From Octopus vulgaris (taxonomy: Eukaryota), in contig OX597816.1 in the NCBI GenBank assembly GCA_951406725.2, positions 23,746,001 to 23,810,000 on the forward strand: a stretch of 64,000 bases of DNA, read 5' to 3'. The notes below the pieces were generated by a model that saw only the letters and a list, made by a program, of their open reading frames with translations, was not told the DNA's origin and searched no databases. This document shows positions 1 to 11,715 of this stretch, piece after piece. Position 1 is the stretch's first letter; each line of letters opens with the position of its first letter. The position numbers and the translations under genes are program-made.

Positions 1-404
1 AAGCCTAGTACTTATTCTATCGGTCTTTTTTGCCGAACCGCTAAGTTACGGGAACGTAAACACACCACCATCGGTTGTCAAGCGATGTTTGAGGGACAAA
101 CACAGACACAAACATATACACACATACATATGTATATATTAATCAGCCGAAATTGACTGAAGATTGAAGGCTTCGAATGTCCCGTCCGTGTTTTTTGTAT
201 CGTCTTCTAAATGTTTTACGTTCTTGTCCCAGTTTATATTTTTCTACATATAATATATATATATATATATATACGACGGGCTTCTTTCATTTTTCCTCTA
301 CCAAATCCACTCACAAGGCTTTGGTTGGCCCGAGGCTATAGTAGAAGACACTTGCCCATGTGGTTGGTAAGCAAGCTACTTACCACACAGCCACTCCTAC
401 GCCT
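1..404 (-). mobile_element. tRNA-derived CORE-type SINE (family A), truncated by window edge, with a ~110-bp foreign insert in its internal (TA)n
   Basis: Reverse complement of the family A consensus seen at 4391-4840; non-SINE sequence at ~140-252 lies between TA tracts. Confidence 0.8.
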
Positions 405-504
405 ATGTAATCGACTTATATATTTGTATATATTGCAAAATTTGTATATATTTATTTTATTATAAATACAAAGCAACACCACGGAGAAATCAACGTAAGC
501 TTAG

Positions 505-552
505 ATAATAAACCGCGATAGGTAAACCGCGATATGGCGAGGGATTGCTGTA
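505..552. mobile_element. Possible pogo/Tigger-like DNA transposon end
   Basis: Reverse complement reads TA-CAGCAATCCCTCGCCATATCGCGGTTT, resembling Tc1/pogo-type TIRs from memory; no partner TIR found. Confidence 0.35.
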
Positions 553-1251
553 TATACAATTTTTTGTCATCTATGTATCCCGTCTCGCCCCCCCCCCCCC
601 CTCCCCGCACACACTTCCGGGGCGATTTTGTCCAATATTTTTTGCACTACGCACTTAAAAACACTAGCAGGTACCTTTTCGGTAAAATAAATATTCTTGG
701 AAATTTATGAATTTATGAAATTTATTAATTTTTTGGCACTACGTACTTAAAACGATGGGAAAAGCCTTGAAGGTTAAAAGAAATTCTTTGGAAATCGGAG
801 ATTACCATAACAATTCCCTCTTCCTTTATTCTTAAAAAGAAAATGAAGCGTAATTTAGAAGTGAAATTTTTTTGAACTTTTGCATTAACCCAGCCCCACC
901 TTACGTCCTAAAATTTCAGTTTTTTCCAAAATTTCTTTTTAATCATGGTGTTAAAATACGGTCAGTTCGAATCTGCAATTCATTTCTGCTTAAACTTTGA
1001 AAATAATTTTCAGACGAAAAATTGATTAAAGGGAGTTTTAGCTATTGTTTCCAGCACACCCCACGACCACCTGCTCTCTCTCCTTCGTTTCTTTGTCATT
1101 CTGACATTTATTGATTTTTTTTTTTTCAATATTTTTCTTCCCGTAAACACATTTTATGGAATGTTGATGCGGTGTTTAGAACTTGAGCAACAATAAGGAA
1201 AAAAATATTTAAATCTTTAACCCCCACATCGAATGAGTCAATGCATGAGTA

Positions 1252-1295
<44 letters not shown>

Positions 1296-1299
1296 TGTG

Positions 1300-1332
<33 letters not shown>

Positions 1333-1896
1333 AAGAAAAATCATATTTACTAACAGAAAAGTATGGTGTTAAAATAAATCGTCTTTTACATACCTTTTTT
1401 CAATCACGGTCGTCCTGATGAAATTCCTTGCACACATGCATAGGCACACACTGAAAACCACACACACACTTACACACTCAGTGTCAGTGATATAGTTGTG
1501 TAGAGAGTAAAAAAGATTGCCATGAGAAAATGAGATAGAGATCTCTTCTGTAGTCAACATATTTTGAAACTTTTAAATTAAGGGAAATTTTAAAATTTGG
1601 AATGGCAGGGAAAGGACTTCAACAAGCCTAGTTGATTTATTGACTAACCGAACGATTAATCAAACAATCACTGGTTTAATTAGTCAAATGATTAACCAAT
1701 TGTCTAGCAAAAATAAAAGAAGTTAAACAGAACGACGCGTGTGTTTATTAATGGCATAATGACCTTCCCGAGATACAACACAATTGTGTTAGTGTTTCTT
1801 TATCTATTTGAAAACAAATGAATGTCGCACTGTCTCGTCTGATAAAAGTTTAGTGTCTGAATTGGCCACAGACTCAACGCAATACCAGCAGCGTAG

Positions 1897-2040
1897 AGGC
1901 GCTATGGCCCAGTGATTAGGGCAGCGGTCCGGGCACTGTGATAGTTTATTGAGCAAAAACACCTAAGCTCCACGACGCTCCGGCAGGCGGGGGTGAACCC
2001 CGCTGTACTCTTTCACCACAACTTACTCTCACTCTTTCTT
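1897..2040 (+). mobile_element. tRNA-derived SINE (family C), internally deleted and 3'-truncated
   Basis: A-box-like TGGCCCAGTGATTAGG; matches the reverse complement of 30914-31290. Confidence 0.7.
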
Positions 2041-2334
2041 CCTACTTCTGCCACAAAGCAGAGGAACCATGGTGTAACCCACTATAGTGTGGTAAACTTT
2101 CAGACCCTAATCTAGATTGCGAATCCTCTGTACCCCAGGATGTTTCAGCTCTGCACCCATTAAAAAAGCCACCGTTTACGGAATGAGGATAACAACGTAG
2201 CTCTCGCACTCGTGCAACCGCCAGTCTATCGCGTGTGGTGAGTGGATCTTCAAGTTGCCACACGCACTCTTAGTAGCTTAGAGTAGGCACGAATTAGAGA
2301 TTATTCTTTGTGGCTAATGGCGTGAGTCCTGATT

Positions 2335-2870
2335 GGAAGAAGAAGAGGGGAGGGGAGCGGGAGAAGAAGGAGGAGAAGACGGAGGAGGAGGAGGAGGAGG
2401 AGGAGAAGAAGAAGAGAGAAGAAGAAGAAGAAGAAGAAGAAGAAGAAGAAGAAGAAGAAGAAGAAGAAGAAGAGGGGAGGGGAGCGGGAGAAGAAGGAGG
2501 AGAAGACGGAGGAGGAGGAGGAGGAGAAGAAGAAGAAGGAGGAGGAGAAGGGGGAGGAGAAGGAGGAGGAGGAGGAGGAGAAGAAGGAGGAGGAGAAGAA
2601 GAAGAAGAAGAAGAAGAAGAAGAAGAAGAGGAGGAGGGGGGGAGCGGGGAGAAGAAGGAGGAGGAGGAGGAGAAGAAGAAGAAGAAGAAGAGGAGGAGAG
2701 GAAGTAGAAGAAGAAGAAGAAGAAGAAGAAGAAGAAGAAGAAGAAGAAGAAGAAGAAGGAGGAGGAGGGGAGCGGAAGAAGAAGGAGGAGGAGGAGGAGG
2801 AGAAGAAGAAGAAGAAGAAGAGGAGGAGGGGAGCGGGGAGAAGAGGAAGAAGAGGAAGTAGAAGAAGAAG

Positions 2871-2902
<32 letters not shown>

Positions 2903-2955
2903 GAAGAAGAAGAAGAAGAAGAAGAAGAAGAAGAAGAAGAAGAAGAAGAAGAAGA
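2335..2955. repeat. Polypurine (GAA/GGA)n tract with recurring GAGGGGAGGGGAGCGG subunit
   Basis: Directly visible. Confidence 0.95.
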
Positions 2956-3577
2956 CAGCAGCAGCACGATACGAACTAATAATTTCCCCATGAGTTATCT
3001 GTTGCACTATAAACCAGGCAACGATGCTATTCAAACAGTCTTGATGTTGCTAATAATACATACCTTAGACGATGTGGTGCTAAGAGTCTTTAAATAAAGC
3101 GATGGGGAAAAGAAAATACAACTTAACCGAACTGAATATTGATTAAGCAACAGTTGATAATAACCGAGTATGGAATCTCACTTCACAAAAAGAATTAACA
3201 TTGTGTGTGAAAAACAATAAAGCGAAGAGTAATTGCGTTTTAACAGTTTCCGTTTTTACTCTTACGTAAGTTGTCTTACGTGGAGCAAAAAAGCATATAA
3301 TAACGATTGTGTATATTTTATTAAAACTTTAGTTTCGGGAAAAGAGGCAGGAGAGCCGTATACACAGCTTGCTCAGATAGCTCGAGGACTTAGGGTATAG
3401 AGACTGTAAGAGGTTTTGAGGATATTAAAAGTGTTAATGTTCAGTGAAATGGGAAGAGATAAAGAGAGTTTGGATTACTAAGAAGTGCAGTCTTTGAGAG
3501 CGATGCCGAGTTGAAGACACAGTTCGAGAACATGTAGTGGAAGGAAGTTAGATTGGAAAACAAGTATTTATTGAATA

Positions 3578-4379
3578 CTAGCAGCATAGCCCGGCGTTGC
3601 CCGGGTATGTAAGAGCCCCTAGTAAGCAACGACTAATCCCAATCTAGTCCTTTCCCTCTAGGGAACGAAGGCGCATGTGTAGGTTGCAATCTCTTCTCTT
3701 CACTCCCAAATAACTATCAAACAGCTATCGATAATTCAACCCAACCAATTCCTACCAGGAAGAAATTACATTCGAGACTTTACCCCCAACTTTACCCCCA
3801 CTTCTGCTAATAGCTGCTGCAGCCGCAAGTTATTCGAATACATTTTTTGTTTACACTTTCTTTATAACTACCACCCCAAACGTTTTACCTTAAATTTTTG
3901 ACGTACCCTAAGGGTCCTCGGACGCTACTTGCACACTCTTGGTTTATTATAAACCGCTTTTGTCGTGTGCATCAAAAAACCTTTTCCATTCGTTTGTTCA
4001 GTTTGGTCACTTTTGACTTTTTCGTTGTTGTCACTCACATTGCTGCCTGCTTTTTTGCCGTTTTTGTACATTTTTATACATTTTGGGATACTTACCCAAC
4101 GTGTTCCGAGAGTTAAAAAGGTCGAGTTGCGTCCCCTAGGCAGTCTGCAGAAAATGTGTTGCATATAAAAAGCTTAGATTCTCGACCCATGTCGAATTTA
4201 TCAATTTTTTTTCAGAACTGGGGGAACTTTTCAAAATTTTCGCTGCGTTAGTTTTGAATTATGACATTGGGCTATGTGTGTGTCAAGTTTGATCAGAATC
4301 GGTTGAAATCCGTGGTCAGGGTGAGGGTACAACCTGACAGACACACAGACAGACAAACTGCCGTTTATATATAGAGAGA
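3578..4379 (-). mobile_element. Non-autonomous Helitron
   Basis: On the minus strand it starts TC, ends CTAG after hairpin CCCGG-gcaacg-CCGGG and sits between A and T; related copy at 19913-20352. Confidence 0.85.
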
Positions 4380-4390
4380 TTATATATATA

Positions 4391-4553
4391 GGCGTAGCAG
4401 TGGCTGTGTGGTTAGTAGCTTGCTTACCAACCACGTGGTTCCGGATTCAGTCCCACTGCGTGGCACCTTGGGCAAGTGTCTTCTACTATAGCCTCGGACC
4501 GACCAAAGCCTTGTGGGTGGATTTGGTAGACGGAGATTGAAAGAAGCCCGTCG

Positions 4554-4639
<86 letters not shown>

Positions 4640-4840
4640 TGTGTCTGTGTTTGTCCCCCCAACATCGCTTGACAACTGATGCTGGTGTGTTTACGTCCAC
4701 GTAACTTAGCAGTTCGGCAAAAGAACTCCGATAGAATAAGTACTTGGCGTACAAGGAATAAGTCCTGGGGTCGATTTGCTCGACTAAAGGCGGTGCACCA
4801 GCATGGCCACAGTCAAATGACTGAAACAAGTAAAAGAGTA
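4391..4840 (+). mobile_element. Full-length family A SINE (tRNA head, CORE-like CACCTTGGGCAAGTG, internal TA/TG microsatellite, AAGTAAAAGAGTA tail)
   Basis: A box TGGCTGTGTGG, B-box-like GGATTCAGTCC; about 20 related copies in the window. Confidence 0.9.
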
Positions 4841-5318
4841 ATAGATGTGTAACTATTCATATGTATGTATATATGTATGTGTGTGTAAAATCAGAGGAGT
4901 AAGGTTTAGGAAGAAAATGTGCTTCAAGCAATCCGTATAAAATAGGAAAAAAACGACTTTCAGGAACAATGATTTATTGGTGTGGAAAGTTGTATATTTT
5001 CCGGTATGGAAGTACGATAAGCAGGAAAAAACCATTTTATAGTTCACGATTGGCAGCCAGGGTTCCTGGGGATGCGAATAAAAAAAATCCAAGAACTAAA
5101 GAAAGGAGTAGATGTTCTTTTACTCGATTCGGTCATTAAACTGCGGCCATGCTGGAGCATCACCTTAAAGCATTTTAGTCAAATGAATCGACGTCAGGAT
5201 TCTTTTATATTTTAAGCCTGGTACTTATTCTATCGGTCTCTTTTTTTGCCGAACCGTTAAACACACCAACAACGGTTGTCAACCGGTGGCGGGGGACTAA
5301 CGCAGAAACATCTATAAG

Positions 5319-5372
<54 letters not shown>

Positions 5373-5469
5373 CACACATATATTTATACATACATATATA
5401 ATACATATATGTATATAGATATATATATATGTATATATGTATATGTAAATAAATATATATGTATATCGT

Positions 5470-5812
5470 GCGTGGCACCTTGAGCAAGTGTTTCTACTAT
5501 AGCCTCGGGCTGACCAAAGCCTTGGGAGTGGATTTGGTAGACGGAAACTGAAAGAAGCCCGTCGTATATATGTATATATATATATATGTATGTGTGTATA
5601 TGTTTGTGTGTCTATGTTTGTCCCCCCAACATCGCTTGACAACCTATGCTGGTGTGTTTACGTCCGTGTAACTTAGCGGTTCAGCAAAAGAGACCGATAG
5701 AATAAGTACTAGGCTTACAAAGATTAAGTCCTGGGGTCGATTTCCTCGACTAAAGGCGGTGCTCCAGCATGGCCACAGTCACATAACTGAAACAAGTAAA
5801 AGAGTAAAAGAG
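5470..5812 (+). mobile_element. Family A SINE lacking its head, back-to-back with an inverted 3' half at ~5117-5310
   Basis: Similarity to 4391-4840. Confidence 0.8.
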
Positions 5813-6355
5813 AATATCTACTATACAAAATCCGTTCTGTGTGTGTGTGTGTGTCTTCTCGGATCTCGGGCATCCTCCATCCGATTGCGCTCAAATTTGA
5901 TATGTAGATACCGACGGTATCAGGGCGTGTTTAAGTTTTGAAAATTACGGAAATCGATTCCAGCTAAGAATGCGATCGATACTGCATTTCTTCCGTCAAC
6001 CTGTACATAACTGCACCTTCCTCTTTTTTTTTTTGTTTTTGTAATGCTTAAAGGTACGTTTGTTTCCTGCCAAGCTTACTATTTAAACCATGTTTGTGTT
6101 CTCCCAGTCAACAGCCTTATCATTACTGGTACTTTAAACTCTTTGGCTGCGTATTTGTGTGAATAAAATCGTTTTTCTTCGGAATAGAAAAAAGTCTATC
6201 TTTATTTCTTCTTTTGCTGGTGTCTCAAATTTAGGTTAAATCAGTGTTTCTCAAAGGGGAGGCTTATAGGACGGTCGGACAAATTGTTTTGAGAAATTTT
6301 GGTTTAAATGTTTGACAACCCGGCACCGTCCATTGGACGGGGGGGCGTTTTGCTC

Positions 6356-6393
<38 letters not shown>

Positions 6394-6424
6394 TAACATC
6401 GTAGATTTCGTCTTGGTATATGCT

Positions 6425-6494
6425 TGGCTGATGAAGGTAAAATAAAATATGGGTGAGAGACATATCTTGTAAAACCTGAAACCTGCAGGTCCCA
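6425..6494 (+). ncRNA. Type I minimal hammerhead ribozyme
   Basis: TGG-CTGATGA-AGGT...ACCT-GAAA-CCTGCAG-GTC-CCA: intact core, stem I TGG/CCA, stem II AGGT/ACCT, palindromic stem III ACCTGCAGGT, GUC site at 6491. Confidence 0.88.
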
Positions 6495-6854
6495 CATTGT
6501 CCTTTTCCGGGTGTTTCATCTTTCAGATGTTCTCCCTGGAGGTAAAACGTTTTTTTACTCTAGTTTGTTGCACACACGCATTTTGCTAATACATACGCGG
6601 TGAAGCTACACGTTAGCGTCGTATTTTTACGTTCGCTATTTCCAGTAAATATCGGTACTTAGTTGTGCCATTTATTTACTAATTTGTGTATTTTTCCCTC
6701 ACGGGCTACTTTTTACTGGAAGGCGATACTTTGTATTGCATTACTGATATTTTGAAACTTCTTCACCGTTTCTCGTACTGTTAGCGTTCCGCATTTCAGT
6801 CGAGTGTGATAGTATTAATGTGGTAACATCGTAGATTTCGTCTTGGTATATGCT

Positions 6855-6924
6855 TGGCTGATGAAGGTAAAACAAAATATGGGTGAGAGACATATCTTGT
6901 AAAACCTGAAACCTGCAGGTCCCA
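6855..6924 (+). ncRNA. Type I minimal hammerhead ribozyme (second tandem copy)
   Basis: Same motif 430 nt downstream; GUC site at 6921. Confidence 0.88.
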
Positions 6925-7101
6925 CATTGTCCTTTTCGGGTGTTTCATCTTTCAGATGTTCTCCCTGGAGGTAAGACGTTTTTTTAGTTGCACACACGCA
7001 TTTTGCTAATACATACGCGGTGAAGCTACACATTAGCGTCGTATTTTTACGTTCGCTATTTCCAGTAAATATCGGTACTTAGTTGTGCCATTTATTTACT
7101 A

Positions 7102-7134
<33 letters not shown>

Positions 7135-7135
<1 letters not shown>

Positions 7136-7553
7136 GGCGCAGGAGTGGCTGTGTGGTAAGTAGCTTGCTAACCAACCACATGGTTCCGGGTTCAGTCCCA
7201 CTGCGTGGAACCTTGGGCCAGTGTCTTCTGCTATAGCCCCGGGCCGACCAATGCCTTGTGAGTGGATTTGGTAGACGGAAACTGAAAGAAGCCTGTCGTA
7301 TATATGTATATATATATATGTATATGCGTGTGTGTGTTTGTGTGTCTGTGTTTGTCCCCCTAGCATTGTTTGACAACCGATGCTGGTGTGTTTACGTCCC
7401 CGTCACTTAGCGGTTAGGCAAAAGAGACCGATAGAATAAGTACTGGGCTTACAAATAATAAGTCCCGGGGTCGAGTTGCTCGATTAAAGGCGGTGCTCCA
7501 GCATTACCGCAGTCAAATGACTGAAACAAGTAAAAGAGTAAAAGAGTAAAGAG
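7135..7553 (+). mobile_element. Full-length family A SINE
   Basis: Consensus match with (GTAAAAGA)n tail. Confidence 0.9.
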
Positions 7554-8073
7554 TATACGGCAGACTTCTTTCAGTTTCCGTCTACCAAATCCAATCACAA
7601 AGCTTTGGTCGGCCCGAGGCTATATCTATAGACACATGCCTAATATGCCACGCAGTGAGAGTGAACCCGAAACCACGTGGTTAGGAAGCAAGCTTCTTTA
7701 CATGCTACAAATTAATTTACATTGCTCAGGTGCTTTTCAAACCAAGTATTCCTTTCTAAAAACCTCATATTCTACACAGTACGTTACGGATAAAATCAAA
7801 TCGAACACAAAATCCATAATCCATATAGCCATTATTGAACTATTAGCAATGAGATATTACTTTCTGTACATTTATTTAATGACTTAATCATTTTATTGAA
7901 GTGAAGTGTTGTGAAGAAATAAATCTAATGCAATCTACTCGTCTTTCAAGTTAGTTTAGCGTAGAGTTCCAACAGCGACTTCACTTAGTATTCCATTTCA
8001 GATCTGTCTCCGGTTTAAAGAGAGACAAAGTGGAGTAAAGATACAGAAATGATGAGAATGCGTTTATCTACGG

Positions 8074-8180
<107 letters not shown>

Positions 8181-8387
8181 TGTGTGTGAGAGAGAGAGAG
8201 AGAGAAAGAGAGAGAGTGTGTGTGTGTGTGTATATATTTTGTGAGGGTGGGGAGTGCGCATGTGTATGTGCGTATATGTGTATATATTTATATAAAAGCA
8301 TGATATAATGCATACGAATACTGTGCGTGTATATATATGTATATATATGTACATATAGGTTTTGGTAAGGAGGAGTAAGTTCTATAA

Positions 8388-8425
<38 letters not shown>

Positions 8426-8717
8426 GCACCCATCATTATATACCTGTACACATGCACGTACGTTCGTGTGTCTGTATGGGTGTGTGTACATATATAATAT
8501 ACATGTGCATATGTAAATGTTTGCATATCCTTATGTTAGTTATACATACATATACACATGTATATACATGTGTATGCATATATATCCATATATATATACA
8601 TATATATATACCTATATATATGTGCATCCATGAATATATATATCTATACATATATGCGTGTGATCAAGTGTGCGCGTATACGTGTGTGTGTTTGAGAGAG
8701 ATCATGTGTGCCTATAT

Positions 8718-8801
<84 letters not shown>

Positions 8802-9511
8802 TGCATATATAATATACATGTGCACATGTAGGTGTTTGCATAGCTGAATGACAGTTATATGTGTGTGTGCGATGGTTTAAGCAGTTTGCTCTTTAGAATT
8901 TTCTCTTCTTCTCCATGACTCGAAACTAAATGAATAAATGATTTCTAACTTCCCACCTACAATGCAAAAAGACATCTATTTAACGATCCATCAAGATTGT
9001 AACATCGGCTTAAGCAGAATAATGCATTTACCTTGTAAGCCATAATGCTACCATTACGTTCGGGGTATTTCGTTCTTCTATGGAAAGATATAGTATTGAT
9101 TTTTAATATTGCCGCAATTTCACAGAATCTAAGTGAGGGTTATGTCGATTTAATTGACTCCAGCACTTGACTGGTACTTTATTTTAACCGTCCTGGAATG
9201 ATAAGAGGCAAAGGTGACAAGTAGCTGGATTTGAACTAAGAACTTAAGCTAAATTACTGTAACTAAATACTGGATGAGAATATAATTCAGTGATTATAAT
9301 CAAGCGATTTTAGAAACCCATCGTCTTTTATGAAGGATATGATGTAGGATGATAATAATTTGTAACATTAACACGAGATCCTCAATTCTAGGGGAAATGT
9401 ACGTTAATTAAATCCCCACCCCACCCCATTCAGCATTTGACTGCTATGCAGTTTATCGATCCTCTGAAAGGAAGAAAGATAAAGTTAGCCTCAACGGATT
9501 GAATTTGAACT

Positions 9512-9537
9512 CATACATACATGCATACATGCATGTA

Positions 9538-9570
<33 letters not shown>

Positions 9571-9968
9571 CCATACGTACATACATACATACATACATGC
9601 ATACATGCATACATACGTACGTACATACATGCATACATACATACGTACATACATACATACATACATACATACATACATACATACATACATAAATACATGC
9701 ATACATACATGCATACATGCATACATGCATACATGCATACATGCATACATACATGCATACGTACATGCATACATACATACATACATACATGCATACATGC
9801 ATACATACGTACATACATACATGCATACATACATACATACATACAAGCACACATACATACATACATACATACATACATACATACATACGTACGTACGTAC
9901 GTACGTACATACATACATACATACATACATACATACATACATACATACATACATACATACATACATAC
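9512..9968. repeat. (CATA)n/(CATG)n tetranucleotide array
   Basis: Directly visible. Confidence 0.95.
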
Positions 9969-10333
9969 GTAACACACTGCCTAGATACCAATCTTGAGAA
10001 ATTAGGCTTCTCAAAACCGGAAAGGAGAAAGCTGATTCGAGGACTACAGATCCAAGCCAACACTGGAACTGTAAAAATCTGTAAAACTTTCCAGAGGTTT
10101 ATCATTCAAGTATATATGAAAATGTCTAGATATGCAAGTATACGCATGAGAATACATACATAAAACAAAACATACAAATAATCTGCAGGTATACATATAT
10201 ACATACATACATACATACATACAAAAATATCCTGTTGTTGATGTTGAAATTCCAACGAAGGAGCCTTGGATCTGGGTTAAAAACCGGTCCTTTCTCTATT
10301 GGCAAGAAATCCTGAAATAAAACTGAATAATGA
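9969..10333 (+). mobile_element. 3' end of an R4/Dong-like RLE non-LTR retrotransposon within (CATA)n
   Basis: Translates VTHCLDTNLEKLGFSKPERRKLIRGLQIQANTGTVKICKTF, like the C-terminal tail of a restriction-like endonuclease; 3' UTR ends AATAAAACTGAATAATGA then (CATA)n. Confidence 0.7.
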
Positions 10334-10360
10334 CATACATACATACATACGTACATACAT

Positions 10361-10559
10361 TATCCAGATTACAAGTTCAGGTTTATACCAGTAATTATTG
10401 GGGCCCTGGAATATGTAACACACTGCTTAAATACCAATCTTGAGAATTTAGGCTTCTCAAAACCAGAATAGAGGGAGAAAGATAATTCGAAAACTACAGA
10501 TCCAATCCATCACTGGAACTGTAAAAATGTGTAAAACTTTCCAGAAGATTATCATTTAA
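10361..10559 (+). mobile_element. Second R4/Dong-like RLE fragment
   Basis: YPDYKFRFIPVIIGALEYVTHCLNTNLENLGF, matching the P-V-I-I-G-A-L-G RLE motif; begins directly after (CATA)n. Confidence 0.7.
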
Positions 10560-10661
10560 TGATAGTATTATCATCAAAATACCATCACTAGTGGCAAGCG
10601 AATAGCATCCGTACAGGCAAATTAATAAAACATATATATATATACATATATTCAAGACGTG

Positions 10662-10698
<37 letters not shown>

Positions 10699-10837
10699 TA
10701 GAGGACTGACCACTAAAACTGGTCAGTCCTCTAACTTTTGTATGTTAAAAAAATGTTTTTGATCTTCGAACATTTTAAAATTATGCTGGGCCACTGGTTT
10801 TAATTCATTAATATCAATTTCTACCCTTATTTAATTT

Positions 10838-10889
<52 letters not shown>

Positions 10890-11231
10890 ATAAACACAAG
10901 CGTACTACATGAGTACCTGCATCGCTAAAAATAGAAACCAAAAATATTTTTGTGCCACGTTATAGTCACAAAATAAATACTGGCAAGGTAGGAAAAAATC
11001 CCCGTGAACAATAAAACCGTCTTACCTTTGCTAAGTGATGGTATTTTGATAATACTAGAGAAAGTATTTCTGTTTCCGCCATTCAAATCCACTCACAGAG
11101 CTTTGGTCGACCCGGGGCTATAGTAGAAGACACGTGCCCAAGGTTCCACGCCATGGGACTGAACCTAGAACCATGTCGGAAAGCAAACTTTTCACCACAC
11201 AACCACATCTGCACCTGTATATAAATATTCA

Positions 11232-11715
11232 ATACCAGACTTGAGAAATATTGCCTGAATACCAATCTTGAGAAATTAGGCTTCTCAAAACCAGAAAGGA
11301 CAAAGCTGATTCGAAGACTACACTGCAACTGTAAAAATTTGTAAAACGTACCAGAAGTTTATCATTCAAGTATATATGAACATGTCTAGATATGCAAGTA
11401 TATGTATGAGAATAAATAAAAAAACTTAATGCGGCCTTTTAAAGCCTAGCCAGGCTCATGGGCCCGGTTTCCCGGTTTCAATGGCGTGTGTGTTCCCCAG
11501 CTGGACAGGACGCCAGTCCATCGCAGTGTTACTCATTTTTGCCAGCTGAGTGGACTGGAGCAACGTGAAATGAAGTGTCCAGTCCAGGAATCGAAACCAC
11601 AATCTTACGATCATGTTGCTGACACCCTAACCACTAAGCCACGCGTCTCCAAATATGTATGAGAATATATACATAAAACAAGATATACAAATAATCTGCA
11701 CGTATACATACATAC
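11232..11715 (+). mobile_element. Third R4/Dong-like 3' fragment, interrupted by a SINE
   Basis: Similar to 9969-10210; split by the SINE at 11415-11652. Confidence 0.7.
11415..11652 (-). mobile_element. tRNA-derived SINE (family D-related) with TSD
   Basis: Head GGAGACGCGTGGCTTAGTGG...GGTTTCGATTCC; flanked by direct repeat ATATGTATGAGAATA. Confidence 0.85.

Larger units (their letters stand above)
6392..7104 (+). mobile_element. Non-coding tandem HHR element (430-bp unit x ~1.7) inserted in (TA)n; retrozyme-like or Penelope pLTR dimer
   Basis: 6392-6684 is repeated at 6822-7104; (TA)n on both sides; one HHR per unit. Confidence 0.8.

Noticed and set aside
156-185. Hammerhead at CTGAAGA...GAATGTC in the first SINE insert
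   Set aside because: GAAA is incomplete and the stems are not convincing
2294-3034. Long low-complexity ORFs (poly-E/S/F/L; also YI, CV, MYVC, poly-I/H/D ORFs throughout)
   Set aside because: Translations of microsatellites that are open in several frames and on both strands; no domain content
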